Source: Epithemia pelagica (taxonomy: Eukaryota > Protista > Bacillariophyta). Taken from it: a stretch of 64,000 nt of DNA. Location: positions 3,241,233 to 3,305,232 of the forward strand of contig OX337239.1 of the NCBI GenBank assembly GCA_946965045.2, written 5' to 3'. The notes under the pieces were generated by a model. That model saw nothing but the letters and a program-made list of their open reading frames with translations. It was not told the origin of the DNA and made no database searches. This document shows, piece by piece, positions 45,598 to 58,051 of this stretch (position 1 is the stretch's first letter; the number at the start of each line of letters is the position of its first letter). The position numbers and the translations under genes are program-made.

Positions 45598-46022
45598 AGT
45601 TGAGGAATCTTGTGAATCTAACCGGTCACAATGTGCATGTGTAACACATAATGTGGAACACATTATGTGGGTTGAACGTTCAGTCACAAGCACATTATGT
45701 GGTAGGAGTAGCAAATTTGGCAGTCGGTTAGACTATGTGCTACTCATGTGCTTGTCATGTGATTCTCATGTGCTACATGTACTAGCCATGTGATTCTCAT
45801 GTGCTACATGTACTAACCATGTGAGGGAATTTCCAAATTGGAAATTCACAAGATCATGTCGACAGATCAATTTAGTTTAATGCTCACAATCTTAGAAATT
45901 GTCCTATTGAGTTACAACTGATCTAGATCCGTCCTACTGGCTTGCCCTCAAGAGCTTGATCACCTCGAGAGTCCAAGCTAGTCCTACTGTAAGTGATACC
46001 GCTGTCTAAGTATTCCGTCGCT
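45598..46022. mobile_element. 425-bp insertion with 5-bp flanking duplication (solo-LTR-like or MITE-like)
   Basis: CCTTG at 45593-45597 and 46023-46027. Joined flanks match uninterrupted spacer at ~42291-42320. Contains many CATGTG/ACATGT motifs, a 31-bp tandem duplication (45756/45787) and the palindrome GAATTTCCA-AAT-TGGAAATTC (45827-45847). Confidence 0.6.
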
Positions 46023-47716
46023 CCTTGTGCATCAAATCCTTGACAAGGCCCGAATAGTGCGATTCACTCAACCGGTTCGCAATGTTGAGTTGCCCACATA
46101 CACTGATGCGCCGCGAGTAAAATCCCACATCGACCAACGAAGCAATCGCAGTGGCACGGCTCAAGAATTCAGAACGGCAACGGAACGGAGCAACCACCAT
46201 CCACCACAGTGTCCCATCGGAATGACTTCCCATCAAGAGTTGTCGCATCTTTTTGCGCATCTTTGCTGTCAGTAGATTGGAGCGATTCGAACTTGAGGGT
46301 CCATACAAAACCTCTCGCGAATGACTTGCGCTCCTTGATCTGTGACTTGAGTGTTGATCAATCTTGGCAACCGCAATTCAACTGTCACGGATTGGACGAG
46401 GCCACTGAATGGTTGTTGTTATCTATCATAGTTTCCGGAAGAGACATGTGGGTCAAATTGCCCGATGAGAGGTCAAGTCGTCCTCGTCATCGCCGTCATC
46501 GTCGATGTAATGGTCCCCAACATGGGTGGGGATCGGGGTCGCATGTGGGTCGTGCTTTTGGTTTTGAAACTACTCTTTCACTAATCCTCATGACCCAACC
46601 CCCTGGGTCGACGTCCTGCACCCACAATTTTGATGACAGTAGGAAATATTTAAAACGCTAGGATTGTTCCGTGGCGTCGACGACAATAGACGATGTCGAC
46701 TGTGGGCAACCCACCAAAATCAGAACATGTGCACTGCGCAACTTCACAGCAATCGTACCGCCACATCATGGATGCCATGACTTTGGACGCTTGTCCGTCT
46801 CAACCTGCCGATGCCGTGTAGTACTGTCCTATGATTCAAACAAGTTCCTTCCCAGAGGATTCGCAAGGCCACCCATGTCTCCATTCACGGCCTGTGGGAA
46901 ATGTCGTTGCTTTTCGTTGACTCGGTATGCGTAAGGAACCAACAACCAGACAGACTGGAGCCTTCATTGGATGGTTGACATCACCTTCATCACTGTAACG
47001 GGCATTCTCCGCCTACGCTTCAAAGCCTGCAGCTACTGGATTGTCCTGTTGTGTCTTCTTTCTTCTTGTTCTTGGAAAAGAATACTACACCAAGGACCCT
47101 ACTTGTCTCGGTCCCCCAAACCAACATGGTGGCCAGACCTTTTCTTATGTGCACCCGAAAACAAATTGTTGTTCTTCTTCTGGAGGGGATTGGAAACAAA
47201 CCTTGGTGCAGGCACTGCCCAACCAGCCATTGGTGTTCTGCAAATCGAGAGGATGACGGAGGAGCACGCACATGCCCTATTGAGTGATATGCTAGTTCCC
47301 CATGGCGTTTGGCAGGGCTCGGAAAATGGTGGAAAAGAGAAACGTAATGCTGGGGTTCTTTGCACAGCACGAAACACTGTGTACTAATAGGACGACGCAT
47401 CCCGAAAATTGCATGGCGACGAAGCTGACCGTTGCCAGTACCAGGCTCCCGTGTCATGCGGGACTCCGACCATCGAACAGCACATCAGGATGGAACAACA
47501 AGAGCACAGTGTTAACAAGAACAGGTCGGAAGAAGCAACTGTCACGATTTGTCTCGTGACGAAAGCTCCTACCACTCTTTGGTCCATCCATTTCGTCCAG
47601 TCAGTCGTGCTTCCAGTCCGCACCCATCAAAATCACAACGGCAGAGCAAACCTACGTGCCTCTTACAAGACAGTGTCTCGATCCTCATAAATTCTGCAGT
47701 GGAAACCTTTGCAACC

Positions 47717-48883
47717 ATGACAACAACACTGAAAGAACAAGCATGGCAGTCGGGCCTTGTCTTGTTGAACAAGACACCAGAATGGAATGAAGACGACTGG
47801 CCTCCTCTTGAGGGTGGATGGCGTTCGCTTCATGCTACGGTCGTACTCCATCATCCCAATAAGAACGACGACAACAACAACAGGCGACAAACGGTCGTCG
47901 TGATGGGAGGACGTCAACAAGGCAAAGGTACCACGGATTCCGTTCTTGTATTGAATCTATCAGACCCAGACAAGCAATGGCAACAAGGACCGCCTATGAA
48001 CAAGAAACGTGACGAACATGCCGCTGTTGTTTGCAATGGCGGCGTCTACGCGATGGGAGGATACGATGAAGGTTCGTTTGATTCTATCGAACGAATCGAT
48101 GCCGATGACATGCTGCATTCATCTTTGACATCAAGCACCACACGTGCGAGTAATTGGAAGAGATTAACCTGTCGATTATCAACGGGACGAGTGGGATGTT
48201 GTACTGTTGCGGTGCAAAACCGATATATCGTTGTAATGGGTGGCTATTACAGCAATCGTTATTTGTCGTCGGTGGATATAATTGATGCCAACAATCACAT
48301 TGTCACTGCTGGACCATCTATGACTGTTTCTCGATCATATTTTGGCAGCGCAGTCGTTGGCCACCGCATCTTTGTCATTGGAGGCCGTAACAATAATGGC
48401 AATCTTGACTCGCTGGAATATTTGGACTATGCAACACCCTTTGACAGTGATGAGACAAAAAACGAGATCGGCTCTACTTTCATATCTTCCTCCACTTGGA
48501 TCACTCATTCTGATTTGGTGCTTTCCAGTGCACGAAGCCCTTGTGCAATGGTTGCCGTGGGATCCTGTCTGGTTGTGGCGGGAGGAGGATGGCACAATTC
48601 AACCATGGAAGTCTTGGATACGCACCACAACTGCGTTTGGAATCTCCCACAATTCGGAAAGTACCGTGTTGGCTGCAATATGGTGCCTGTTGCCAATGAA
48701 GTTGCCGTGATTGGTGGATGGCGCAATCCTTCCTGTGTGACATTGCCACTGATGGACAAGAATACATGGTGCTTTCGTCGACTCTGTGAGCAGCCTCGGA
48801 ACGAATGGCACGAGTTTCGGGAAGGAATGGGTATCCGAAATAACCAAGGACCACGTGAAGCCCAACACATGTCATTACGATAA
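47717..48883 (+). CDS. Kelch-repeat protein, array copy 8
   Basis: ORF 47549..48883, ATG 47717. Six repeats; divergent tail. Confidence 0.9.
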   Translation: MTTTLKEQAWQSGLVLLNKTPEWNEDDWPPLEGGWRSLHATVVLHHPNKNDDNNNRRQTVVVMGGRQQGKGTTDSVLVLNLSDPDKQWQQGPPMNKKRDEHAAVVCNGGVYAMGGYDEGSFDSIERIDADDMLHSSLTSSTTRASNWKRLTCRLSTGRVGCCTVAVQNRYIVVMGGYYSNRYLSSVDIIDANNHIVTAGPSMTVSRSYFGSAVVGHRIFVIGGRNNNGNLDSLEYLDYATPFDSDETKNEIGSTFISSSTWITHSDLVLSSARSPCAMVAVGSCLVVAGGGWHNSTMEVLDTHHNCVWNLPQFGKYRVGCNMVPVANEVAVIGGWRNPSCVTLPLMDKNTWCFRRLCEQPRNEWHEFREGMGIRNNQGPREAQHMSLR

Positions 48884-51787
48884 ACGAAAAAATGAGACAC
48901 AGATATTTTGTCCTTGAACGGTTGTCTTGTTTTCTACATTCAATTGAAGTCCTAGTAACTATAATGGTAACTCATAAGTAGACACAACATGTTACCAGAT
49001 AGAAGGTAGTCTGATGCGATTGCAGCATTGTAGATTGTACTTGCTGGTGTCTTTGCTTGTTTGTTCTTGTCCACAACGTAGGTTTCCATTGTGCCTTGAT
49101 TCTTTGGTTTGTGTTTCTGCTATGATACATTTGCTGCGAATCGCGACCTTTGGTAGACCTGCTGGTTAATCGTATCGCCTACCCATGCCGTGTTCTGGCT
49201 GCGCCGCCGTGTCACTTGTCTTGGGCGGTGGGAGGACAAATCAATTGTTCTGTTGACACTGTCGATTCCAGCTTTACACGAGGCATGCGCACTGGCTGGC
49301 AGTGGTGTGATATGACTAAATCCACTTCATTCTCTGCCCCAAATTTGCTGAATCTTTCCTCCAATGCCAGTCCCATCAGGTTGACAGTTCAACCATGTAC
49401 CAGGACTGTAAAAGGGGCGTCGCGATTTGCCATGTGTCCGACTACACTCGACCGCAATCACAAGACAATCTTCATCCGCCCACGTGGCTGTTTCGGTCTC
49501 TTGCTGTCGTCCGTATTATTGTCATCGATGACTCGTACCTGATTCGTTTCTCCAATCACGGTAGGGGGATCAAAGTCTGTGACATTGCAAGCAGTCGAGG
49601 ATGATACCTTGTCAATCGTCTCCAAAGCCGAACTCCCATCCAGAGTTGACTGAAGACGATTTGACTGAGGACGAGCAAGGACAAAGATGCGGACGACATT
49701 TGAGAAAAGAGAGATTTGTGCTTTCGCAATGAGGGATTGAATCGAGGCTTGGTCTGCGGCCTCCTTGGCAGTCGACAACATCCGTTGTTGCAGTTGAAGC
49801 AAGGTTTGTACGGCATGGCGATAGGCCGGTTCACACCAACCCGCCATTCTGACAACAACAACAGTTCATCGGTTGCTTTATATGGTGTAACCGATCAGAC
49901 AACAATTGCAAGGCTTGTCTATGACTCATGAGAAACCATTGTCCACTACGCCACTCGCGCTGATTCTCCCGTGTCGGGTGCATGACGTAACTGTGTCGAT
50001 TCAAATGACAAATTGCCCCAATGCCCCTTGTAAATCCAATCCTTGACAATGCCCAAATAGTGCGATCGACCTAACCGGATACTCCATCCAAACATCGGAA
50101 TGAGTCAACAAAGTTGTCTGGCCATGGTTCGACATGCTAAACCATAATGAGTTGCCCCACATACGCTGATGCGCCGAGTAATAAAAGCCCACATCGACCA
50201 ACAGGCAATCGCAGCGGCACGGCTCCAGAATTCAGAACGACAACGGCACGTAGCAGCGACCATTGGGTGTCATTTGGCAAGAATGACTCCCCATCGAGAC
50301 TTGTCGCATCTTTTTGCGGATCTTTGCTCACAGTAGAGTGGAGCGATTCGTACTTGAGGGTCAATGCAAACTCTCGTGCGCTCCTCGATCTATCATGTGG
50401 GTGTTGTTGATCAGCGTTTCATGCTGGTGCTGATCCTGGTGCCTCGCAATTGGATGGAAGGAGGCCACTTGATGGTTGTTGTCCTCAATCATCGTTTCCC
50501 AAGAGACATGTTGCTGAAATTGCTTGATGAGGTCAAGTCTCATCGTCGCTGTCCTCGTCGTCGATGTTATGGTGTAGTCCCCAGCGGGGGATGAGTAGTC
50601 GGGTCGCATGTGATGTGTGGTGTTTTTGGTTTCGAAACTACTCATTCACTAATCCTCATGACTCCCTCCCGCCGGGGAATAGAGTTTTCTGCGCTCACCC
50701 AAAAGCCTGTACCTACAATCTTTAGGACAGTAAAAGGTATTAGAAACGCTAGGAAGCAAACCGAGGCGACAAGGGACGATGTGGGATGCGGACGATATCT
50801 CAAGTTCCAAGTTCCAACCCACCATTCCGTATCATCAGAACATGCACTGCGCAACTTTACAGCAATCGTTCCGATTCCAGATGACTTTTGATGCTTGTCC
50901 GTCTCAACCTGCAATGATCAACCGTGGAACAAAAGAGCAGTGTCCTCGGTGCTTCTCGTCGACTCGGAATGCGTAAGGAACCAACAACTACCCAGACAGA
51001 CTGGAGCCTTCATTGCATGGTTGTGTATTCCAACAACAACAACAAACATCACCTTCGTCACTGTTACGGGCATTCTCCGCTTACGCTTCAAGGCATGCAG
51101 CAACTGGATTGTCCATTTTTGTCATCCTTCTTCTTGTTCGGTGCTATTAGAAGGACTCTTCTAGTCTCCCACTTTTGGTCCGCAAAGCCACATGGTGGCC
51201 AACTCCTCTTGATGGCACCCAGCAACAAATTGCTGTTCTATTACTAGAGGGATTGGAAACAAACCTTGGTTGCAGGCACTGCGCGTCCAGCCATTGGTGT
51301 TGTGCAAAGCGAGAGGATGACGGAGGAGCACGCACATGCCCTATTGTGATATGCTAGTTCCCAAGGGCGTTTGGCGGAGCTCGAACAATGGCGGAAAAGA
51401 GCGACGTCTTGCTGGGGTTCTTTGCGAGAGGCACCACGACACACTGTGTACTACTAGGACGACGCATCCCGAAAATTACATGGCGACGAAACTGACCTTT
51501 GTCAGTACCAGGCTCCCGTGTCATGCTGTGGACTCCGACCATTGACTAGCAGTACTAGCAGGATGGAACAAAACGAGCAGTGTCAACAACAACAGCTCGA
51601 TCGAAGCAACTGTCACGATTTGTCTCGTGACGAAAGCTCCTACCCCTCTTTGGTCCATCCATTTCGTCAAGTCAGTCGTGGTTCCAGTCCGCACCCATCA
51701 AAATCACATGAGCAAAGCAAAACCACTAACCACTTACACGACAGGGTCTCGATCCCCATAAATTCTTCAGTCGAAACGGTTGGAACC

Positions 51788-52980
51788 ATGAGCATGACAC
51801 TGAAAGAACAAGCATGGCAGTCGGATCTTGTCCTTTTGGAAGAGACACCTGAATGGAATTTCGAGGACTGGCCTCCTCTTTTAAGATGGCGAGAGCGTCA
51901 TGCTACCGTTGTACTTGATCATCCCGATAAGGACATCAACGACAACAACCCGATGAGACAAACGGTCGTCGTGATGGAAGTTGGCAACCAGGTCAAACTA
52001 CCACAGATTCCGTTCTGTTATTAAATATGGCAGAATCCAACAAGCAGTGGCGAGAAGGGCCACCCATGAACACGAAACGTTGTGGACATGCCGCTGTTGT
52101 GTGCAATGGGAGAGTCTACGTGATGGGAGGATGCAATAGAGTACGACGATATTTGGATTGTATCGAACAAATAGATGCCAATGATGTGCTGCAATCATCT
52201 TTGACATCAAGCAGCACACGTGCGAGTAATTGGACGACATTGACATGTCGCTTATCAACGAGACGATCAGGATGTGGTGCTGTTGCGGTTCACAACCGAT
52301 ACATCGTTGTACTGGGTGGCTATTACAACCATCGCTATTTGTCGTCGGTGGATATTATTGATACCAAAAATCACATTGTCACTGCTGGACCATCCATGAC
52401 TGTGAGCCGACGATTTTGTGCCAGTGCGGTCGTTGGTCACCGCATCTATGTCGTTGGAGGTTTTAACACGGGCGGCAATCTTGACTCGGTGGAGTATTTG
52501 GACTTCGAAAGGCCATGGCATACTGAAAAGACAAAGAAGGACACGGCTACCACATTGATTCCCTTCTCATCCACTTGGATCACTCATCCTGATTTGGTGC
52601 TTTCCAATGCACGAAGGTCTTGTGCGATGGTTGCCGTGGGATCTTGTCTGGTTGTGGCGGGAGGATGGCACAATTCAACCGTGGAAGTCTTGGATACGCA
52701 CCGCAACCGCGTGTGGAATCTTCCACCATTAGATAATCACCGCGAAGGCTGCAGTCTAGTGACTGTTGCCAATCAAGTTGCCGTGATTGGTGGATATCCC
52801 AATCCTTCATGTGCAACATTACCACTACTGGATAGAAAATCATGGTGTTTTCGACAACTCTGTGAGCAGCCTCGGAAGGAATGGTATTATTGTCTAGAAA
52901 GATCGGGTCACGGAGATGTCAATGAAATATCTTGGGCCATGTCGACATCCACTCTTAAACGATTAAGGACCAATACATGA
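51788..52980 (+). pseudogene. Kelch-repeat gene, copy 9, frameshifted in blade 1
   Basis: N-part in ORF 51518..52024 (ATG 51788), remainder in ORF 52027..52980. An apparent 1-bp deletion near 51975 (GTGATGGAAGT versus the GTGATGGGAGG pattern of paralogs) shifts frame. An assembly error is possible. Confidence 0.8.
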
Positions 52981-55094
52981 TGGAAGATGGCACTTGAGAT
53001 GTGCAACAGGTTGCACGGCCATGAGCTTGGTAACTATATAATGGTCGTTATACTCTCGTCCATAAAAGGAGATCGTATCCATCCTAATGTCCATCATTAG
53101 TTACATTGTCTAAATCACTTTAGCTATACGGAGTGGCTTGCTCTGTCTAAAAAGAAACTACAGTTGACTGCTTTCAAAGGGCAACTCCTTGTCTGGTTTG
53201 AAGGCTCCACCATCTACAGAAGATGACCGCACACGAATTTCCCTCTGAAGCCATGGTGTTTGTTGCAGTCGGATCCATGCACCATGGTCAGCTATCCGTG
53301 TACTATATAACTATATAATGAGATGTTACATCGTCCGCCATGGCACTGCTGTCCTCTACAAACCTGCGGATATCTGGCAACCAGTCTTGGATGAATGGCC
53401 ATGGAACTGTTCCCTCTCTGTGCAATCGAAAACTCACTGGTCTTGAATAGAATGTATCATCTTCAATGGAAGATGACCGTATTTTACGGTCTCGTTGCAT
53501 ATTTTGGACAAAGAAGGAGCGGCCTGAATTGTGTCTCTTTAAGTGATGGCACAGAAGGCAGACCTGATAGCTGTGGGACAGTCGGTGCGGCCATGGATTG
53601 GTAGCAACGGATGAATCTAACAGCCAACACAGTTTGTCTTCGTTTTGTTTCCGTTGCGATGGTAGCAGTGCAAAGTACTTCCCCTGTAGCAGGCAAGACA
53701 GGCTTATCGTGGGTCGTCGTCGATTCCTCCTTCTTGGTGTCACTGTCGTTGTGAAGGAACCAATCCGTCGACACGGTACAAATATTGGTGGTGCTCCGAT
53801 TCCCAAGACTGTGCTTCTGGTGGACCTTGTTCCAACAAAAGGCAACTGCTTTCGAAGTCGTCATGTGATCCACCAATTGAGATGGTGATGAATCGATCGA
53901 CCTGTTGTGCAAGAGACGATTGTTCTTGTTGTTGGTGTTTGGCTGCTGTTGGTGGATCAGGGATTGTGATTTTTCACTTCTTGTCGTCATCCTTGATGAA
54001 AGAGATAGACGATTCGTATAGTTGATGTTGTTTGGATGGATCAAGGCGATTCTTGTTGTCACTGTTGTCCACTTCTGATGGTTCTTCGTGGTGGAAATCG
54101 AGCATGGATGGTTTCTGCTTCTATACTTTGGTTTTGTTATTGGGAGTGGAAGTGAGCAAAACCGATCTTTACACCACCACTCCACCATGACAATCTTTGG
54201 ACCTCGAACTTAGCAACAGAATCAGCAAGCGACAACAAGCACAAGAGAGACTATACGACAAACTTGCCCAACAAAGCCTTGTCACGAGCAGGACAGGAAT
54301 GGTGATTGATTGTTCATTGTCAAGTCTGGCTTCTCTTATTTTTCGTGAAATCCTCATCTGGTGTGGCTCTTTTTTGGCTGTTGGTCGTTTTGCTGGAACC
54401 AGACACACGAAACTCTTGTACGTTCTCGACGACAGGTGGATCCAAGCCACGACTCCCCCGGTCCACTTTTTGTTCCTTGCACTCGTGTGGTTTTCAATCA
54501 AGACGACAACACCACCCATTGGCAAATGTAGCACCAGTCCTGACACCCACCGTGGCGAACGGAGCCCATTGAACCAGTGCGATATGCGTCTGCCACAAGG
54601 ATTGTCATCTGCGCGAGCATATTGCAAACAACCGGCCAAGACGGCACGAGACGGATTTGGCTCTCCAAAAAAGATGATGATTGATGGAGTCGGTATCAAT
54701 AATGACATAGGACCAAGCTTTGCGGTCCAACCACGTCCAAGAAGACAAATGCAGGCGTCTGGTGCGAGCTAATGCAACACGGGAAGCGAGTCACAATGGG
54801 ATGAATGACATCAAGAGAAGACCACTCTCTCTGTTGTTTCATATTTGTGGGGATATCTATTACCCAGTGGATGTTGAATTGTCAATCTGTGGACCTCTTC
54901 ATGACAGCTTGTGGGATCTCGCTCTCCCATGTCGTAACAAAAAGATACTTTTCTTGAGGCTTGTCATGAAATCTATGTGCGATTGATTGCCCTTCTCTCT
55001 CCACGCCACACGCGTCGCAAAAAAAACTCGCTGCAAAAGCTTCCACATTACAAATACAATACTCTTCTTGTCGACATCGTCAAGCGCCGTGACC

Positions 55095-56234
55095 ATGACA
55101 ACGACACTGAAAGAACAAGCATGGCAGTCGGGCCTTGTCCTGTTACAAGACGAGACACCGGAATGGAATTCCGAGGACTGGCCTCCTCTTGCGGGTGGAT
55201 GGCGTTATCGTCATGCTTCGGTCGTACTGAATCATACCGATAACAACCAAGAACAAACGGTCGTCGTGTTGGGCGGATATCAACCGGGGCTAGGCGAGCT
55301 CGATTCCATTCATGTATTAAACTTGGCAGAATCAAACAAGCAGTGGCGAGAAGGGCCACGCATGAACCAGAAACGTGATGGACATGCCGCTGTGGTGTGC
55401 AATGGCGGCATTTACGTGATGGGAGGAGACACTGGAGCACCTTTGGATTGCATGGAACGAATCGACGCCAATGATTTGCTGCAATCATCTTTGACAACCA
55501 GCATCACACACGAGATGAACTGGACGACATTGACATGCCGGTTATCAACGCCACGATGGGGATGTGGTGCTGTCGCGGTTCACAACCGATACATCGTTGT
55601 AATGGGTGGCTACAACGATCGTTATTTGTCGTCGGTGGATATTATTGATACCAGGAACCACACTGTCTCTCTGGGACCATCCATGAATGTTCCCCGATTT
55701 TTTTGTGCCAGTGCGGTCATTGGACACCGCATCTTTGTCGTTGGAGGTTGGAACGAGCATTGTCGTGTTGACAAGGTGGAGTATTTGTACTATACAACAA
55801 CCTGTGACAGTGATGTGACAAAAAAGGAGATAGGCTTGACATTCATTTCTTTCTCACCCACCTGGACCACTCATTTGGAGTTGAGGCTTTCCAATGCACG
55901 AAGATCTTGTGCAGTGGTTGCCGTGGGATCTTGTCTGGTGGTGGCGGGACGACCCAGTCGAACCGTGGAAGTGTTGGATACGCACCGCAACCGCGTGTGG
56001 AACCTCCCACCATTCGGAAATGACCGCATTGGCTGCAGTATGGTGTCTGTTGCCAATCAAGTTACCGTGATTGGTGGATATCGCAATCCTTCCTGTGCAA
56101 CATTACCACTACTGGATAGGAATTCGTGGTGTTATCGACGACTCTGTGAGCAGCAACCGAACGGATGGCATCATTCTCTTGAAGGTGTGGGTATCCGAGA
56201 CGATGATATCTCACCCTTCTTCACCTCGGCATGA
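55095..56234 (+). CDS. Kelch-repeat protein, array copy 10 (tail truncated by TCA>TGA)
   Basis: ORF 54987..56234, ATG 55095. Full propeller. The stop TGA at 56232 corresponds to TCA in paralogs and precedes the ARKRARP-coding sequence. Confidence 0.88.
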   Translation: MTTTLKEQAWQSGLVLLQDETPEWNSEDWPPLAGGWRYRHASVVLNHTDNNQEQTVVVLGGYQPGLGELDSIHVLNLAESNKQWREGPRMNQKRDGHAAVVCNGGIYVMGGDTGAPLDCMERIDANDLLQSSLTTSITHEMNWTTLTCRLSTPRWGCGAVAVHNRYIVVMGGYNDRYLSSVDIIDTRNHTVSLGPSMNVPRFFCASAVIGHRIFVVGGWNEHCRVDKVEYLYYTTTCDSDVTKKEIGLTFISFSPTWTTHLELRLSNARRSCAVVAVGSCLVVAGRPSRTVEVLDTHRNRVWNLPPFGNDRIGCSMVSVANQVTVIGGYRNPSCATLPLLDRNSWCYRRLCEQQPNGWHHSLEGVGIRDDDISPFFTSA

Positions 56235-58051
56235 GCTCGTAAACGAGCAAGGCCCAATACATGCCAAAATGATAGAGGGAATGATGAAGCCTAGCCGTTT
56301 ATTTCTCGAGTGGTTGACTTCTTTTCTACATTCGATTGCAATCTTAGAACCTAGTAGGTAGTTACTCAAAAGTAGAAAGAACATGTTGCAAGAAAGAGGG
56401 TGCTTGTTTGTTGTCAAAGATGTTGAAAGAACGACCAATTTTTTGTCTCTTAAAGTGGTAGTGCCAGGGCTTTGTGGTGGCATCTTGACACTTTGTAGGA
56501 CACAGAGACATGGTCCATGGATCGGTTGCCGTCAAGGGACGCCGGAAGCCGACAGTGGTGCACTCCAGAGAGGACGAGTTTCGCATCGATTTCGTAGCCA
56601 AGGGCAATACGGTTGGTCGCCATTTTGTGTCCACTACTATTGAGTAGTGAAGAGTACTCTTAGTGTTCGTGACCGGGCAAATTCAGGCATGTTTTTTTGA
56701 CATTGTGGTTGCCGTGACTGTCAAGGATGCGCCATCTTGTCGTTTCTTGGCTTGGGATGCTGTTGCTACGACACAATTTTGCTGTGGACCACCACCATTG
56801 GCGGATCATCTGTTACCATCCAAACAATACCTGAAGAACACCGATGGAGACTCTCCGCAGCAATCGGTTGTGATATTGGAGGACTTCTTGTCTGGTTTGA
56901 GTAAAGAAGCATGTGTAGTCCTGGCGGTTCTTGCCGCATCGGCTTGTTCCTCTTGTGGTTGGTTCCTCCTAGTTGGAGCGACAAATCACTCGACGCCGTA
57001 AAGGTAGTGGTTGTGCTACTGTGTCAGTCGTTTCAGTCTGGGGTGCTGGTGGACCCTGTTCCAAAATAACCAGCTTGTCGTGGTAGTCGTTCTTTGGTCC
57101 ACACCAATTGCCGATGATCGATCGAAACCAATCATTCACTACTATTGGATATTGCGAGAAGGAGGACAAAACGGTATGCCTGTTGTGCATCCGACGATTG
57201 TTGTTGCTGTTTCGGTCCTGTTGGTGGATCGGGAATCATGATTTTTCTTTTCTTGTCATGCTCCTTGGTGAAAGAGCAGGATGGTTGTCGTCATCATATC
57301 GTAGTACAATCAAGTGACTGCATTGTCTTTGCTCCTTTCCTCCACGAACCATGAGTTTCGACATATGGTCGTGCTCCATGTTTTGGCTTGGTTCATGGTC
57401 GTGGTCGATGAATCCGACAAAAGGACGAAAAGGAAGAGTAAAAGCACGAATGGAGAAACCTTGTGGACCCTGTAGCCCGCTTCTCTGATGGTTCTTGTTT
57501 AGAAATCGAGCATGGCTGGTTGCTGCTGCTCTACATTCCTCGTCGTCATGTGAAGAACGAATCATTGTTGATTGAGCAAAGACGGAATGGAACTGTCGTG
57601 TTCCCTCTGGTCCATCTTGTCGTCAGATTCTCGTTTTGGCGTAGTTGTGCATGTGGCCTTGGTTCCGTCACAAAGCAATGCCCATTCGAATCATTGGATC
57701 AAGAGAAGACCACTCTCTGTTGTTGTTGTTGTTGTCACTGTGAACAGTCCGCAGGACCACGGGAATAATGGCGCTCCATAAAAGGCTTTGGACGAGAGAT
57801 GACTTGGAAACAAGCGATATCGACCCAGTGGATGTTGGATTGGCCATCTGTGGACCTCTTCATCATACGAGGACGACGGTCCTAAAAAACACAGCAAAAG
57901 ATACTTCTTGGTACTTCTTGGGGCTTGTCATGTAATCTATGAGCGATTGACTTCCCTTCACCATCGTACGCATGACAGGCACAGCTCCGAAAAGCCCGCG
58001 TTGCTCAAAGCTGTCATTTCTCGTCGACGTTGTTGTAAAGCGCCGTTGACC

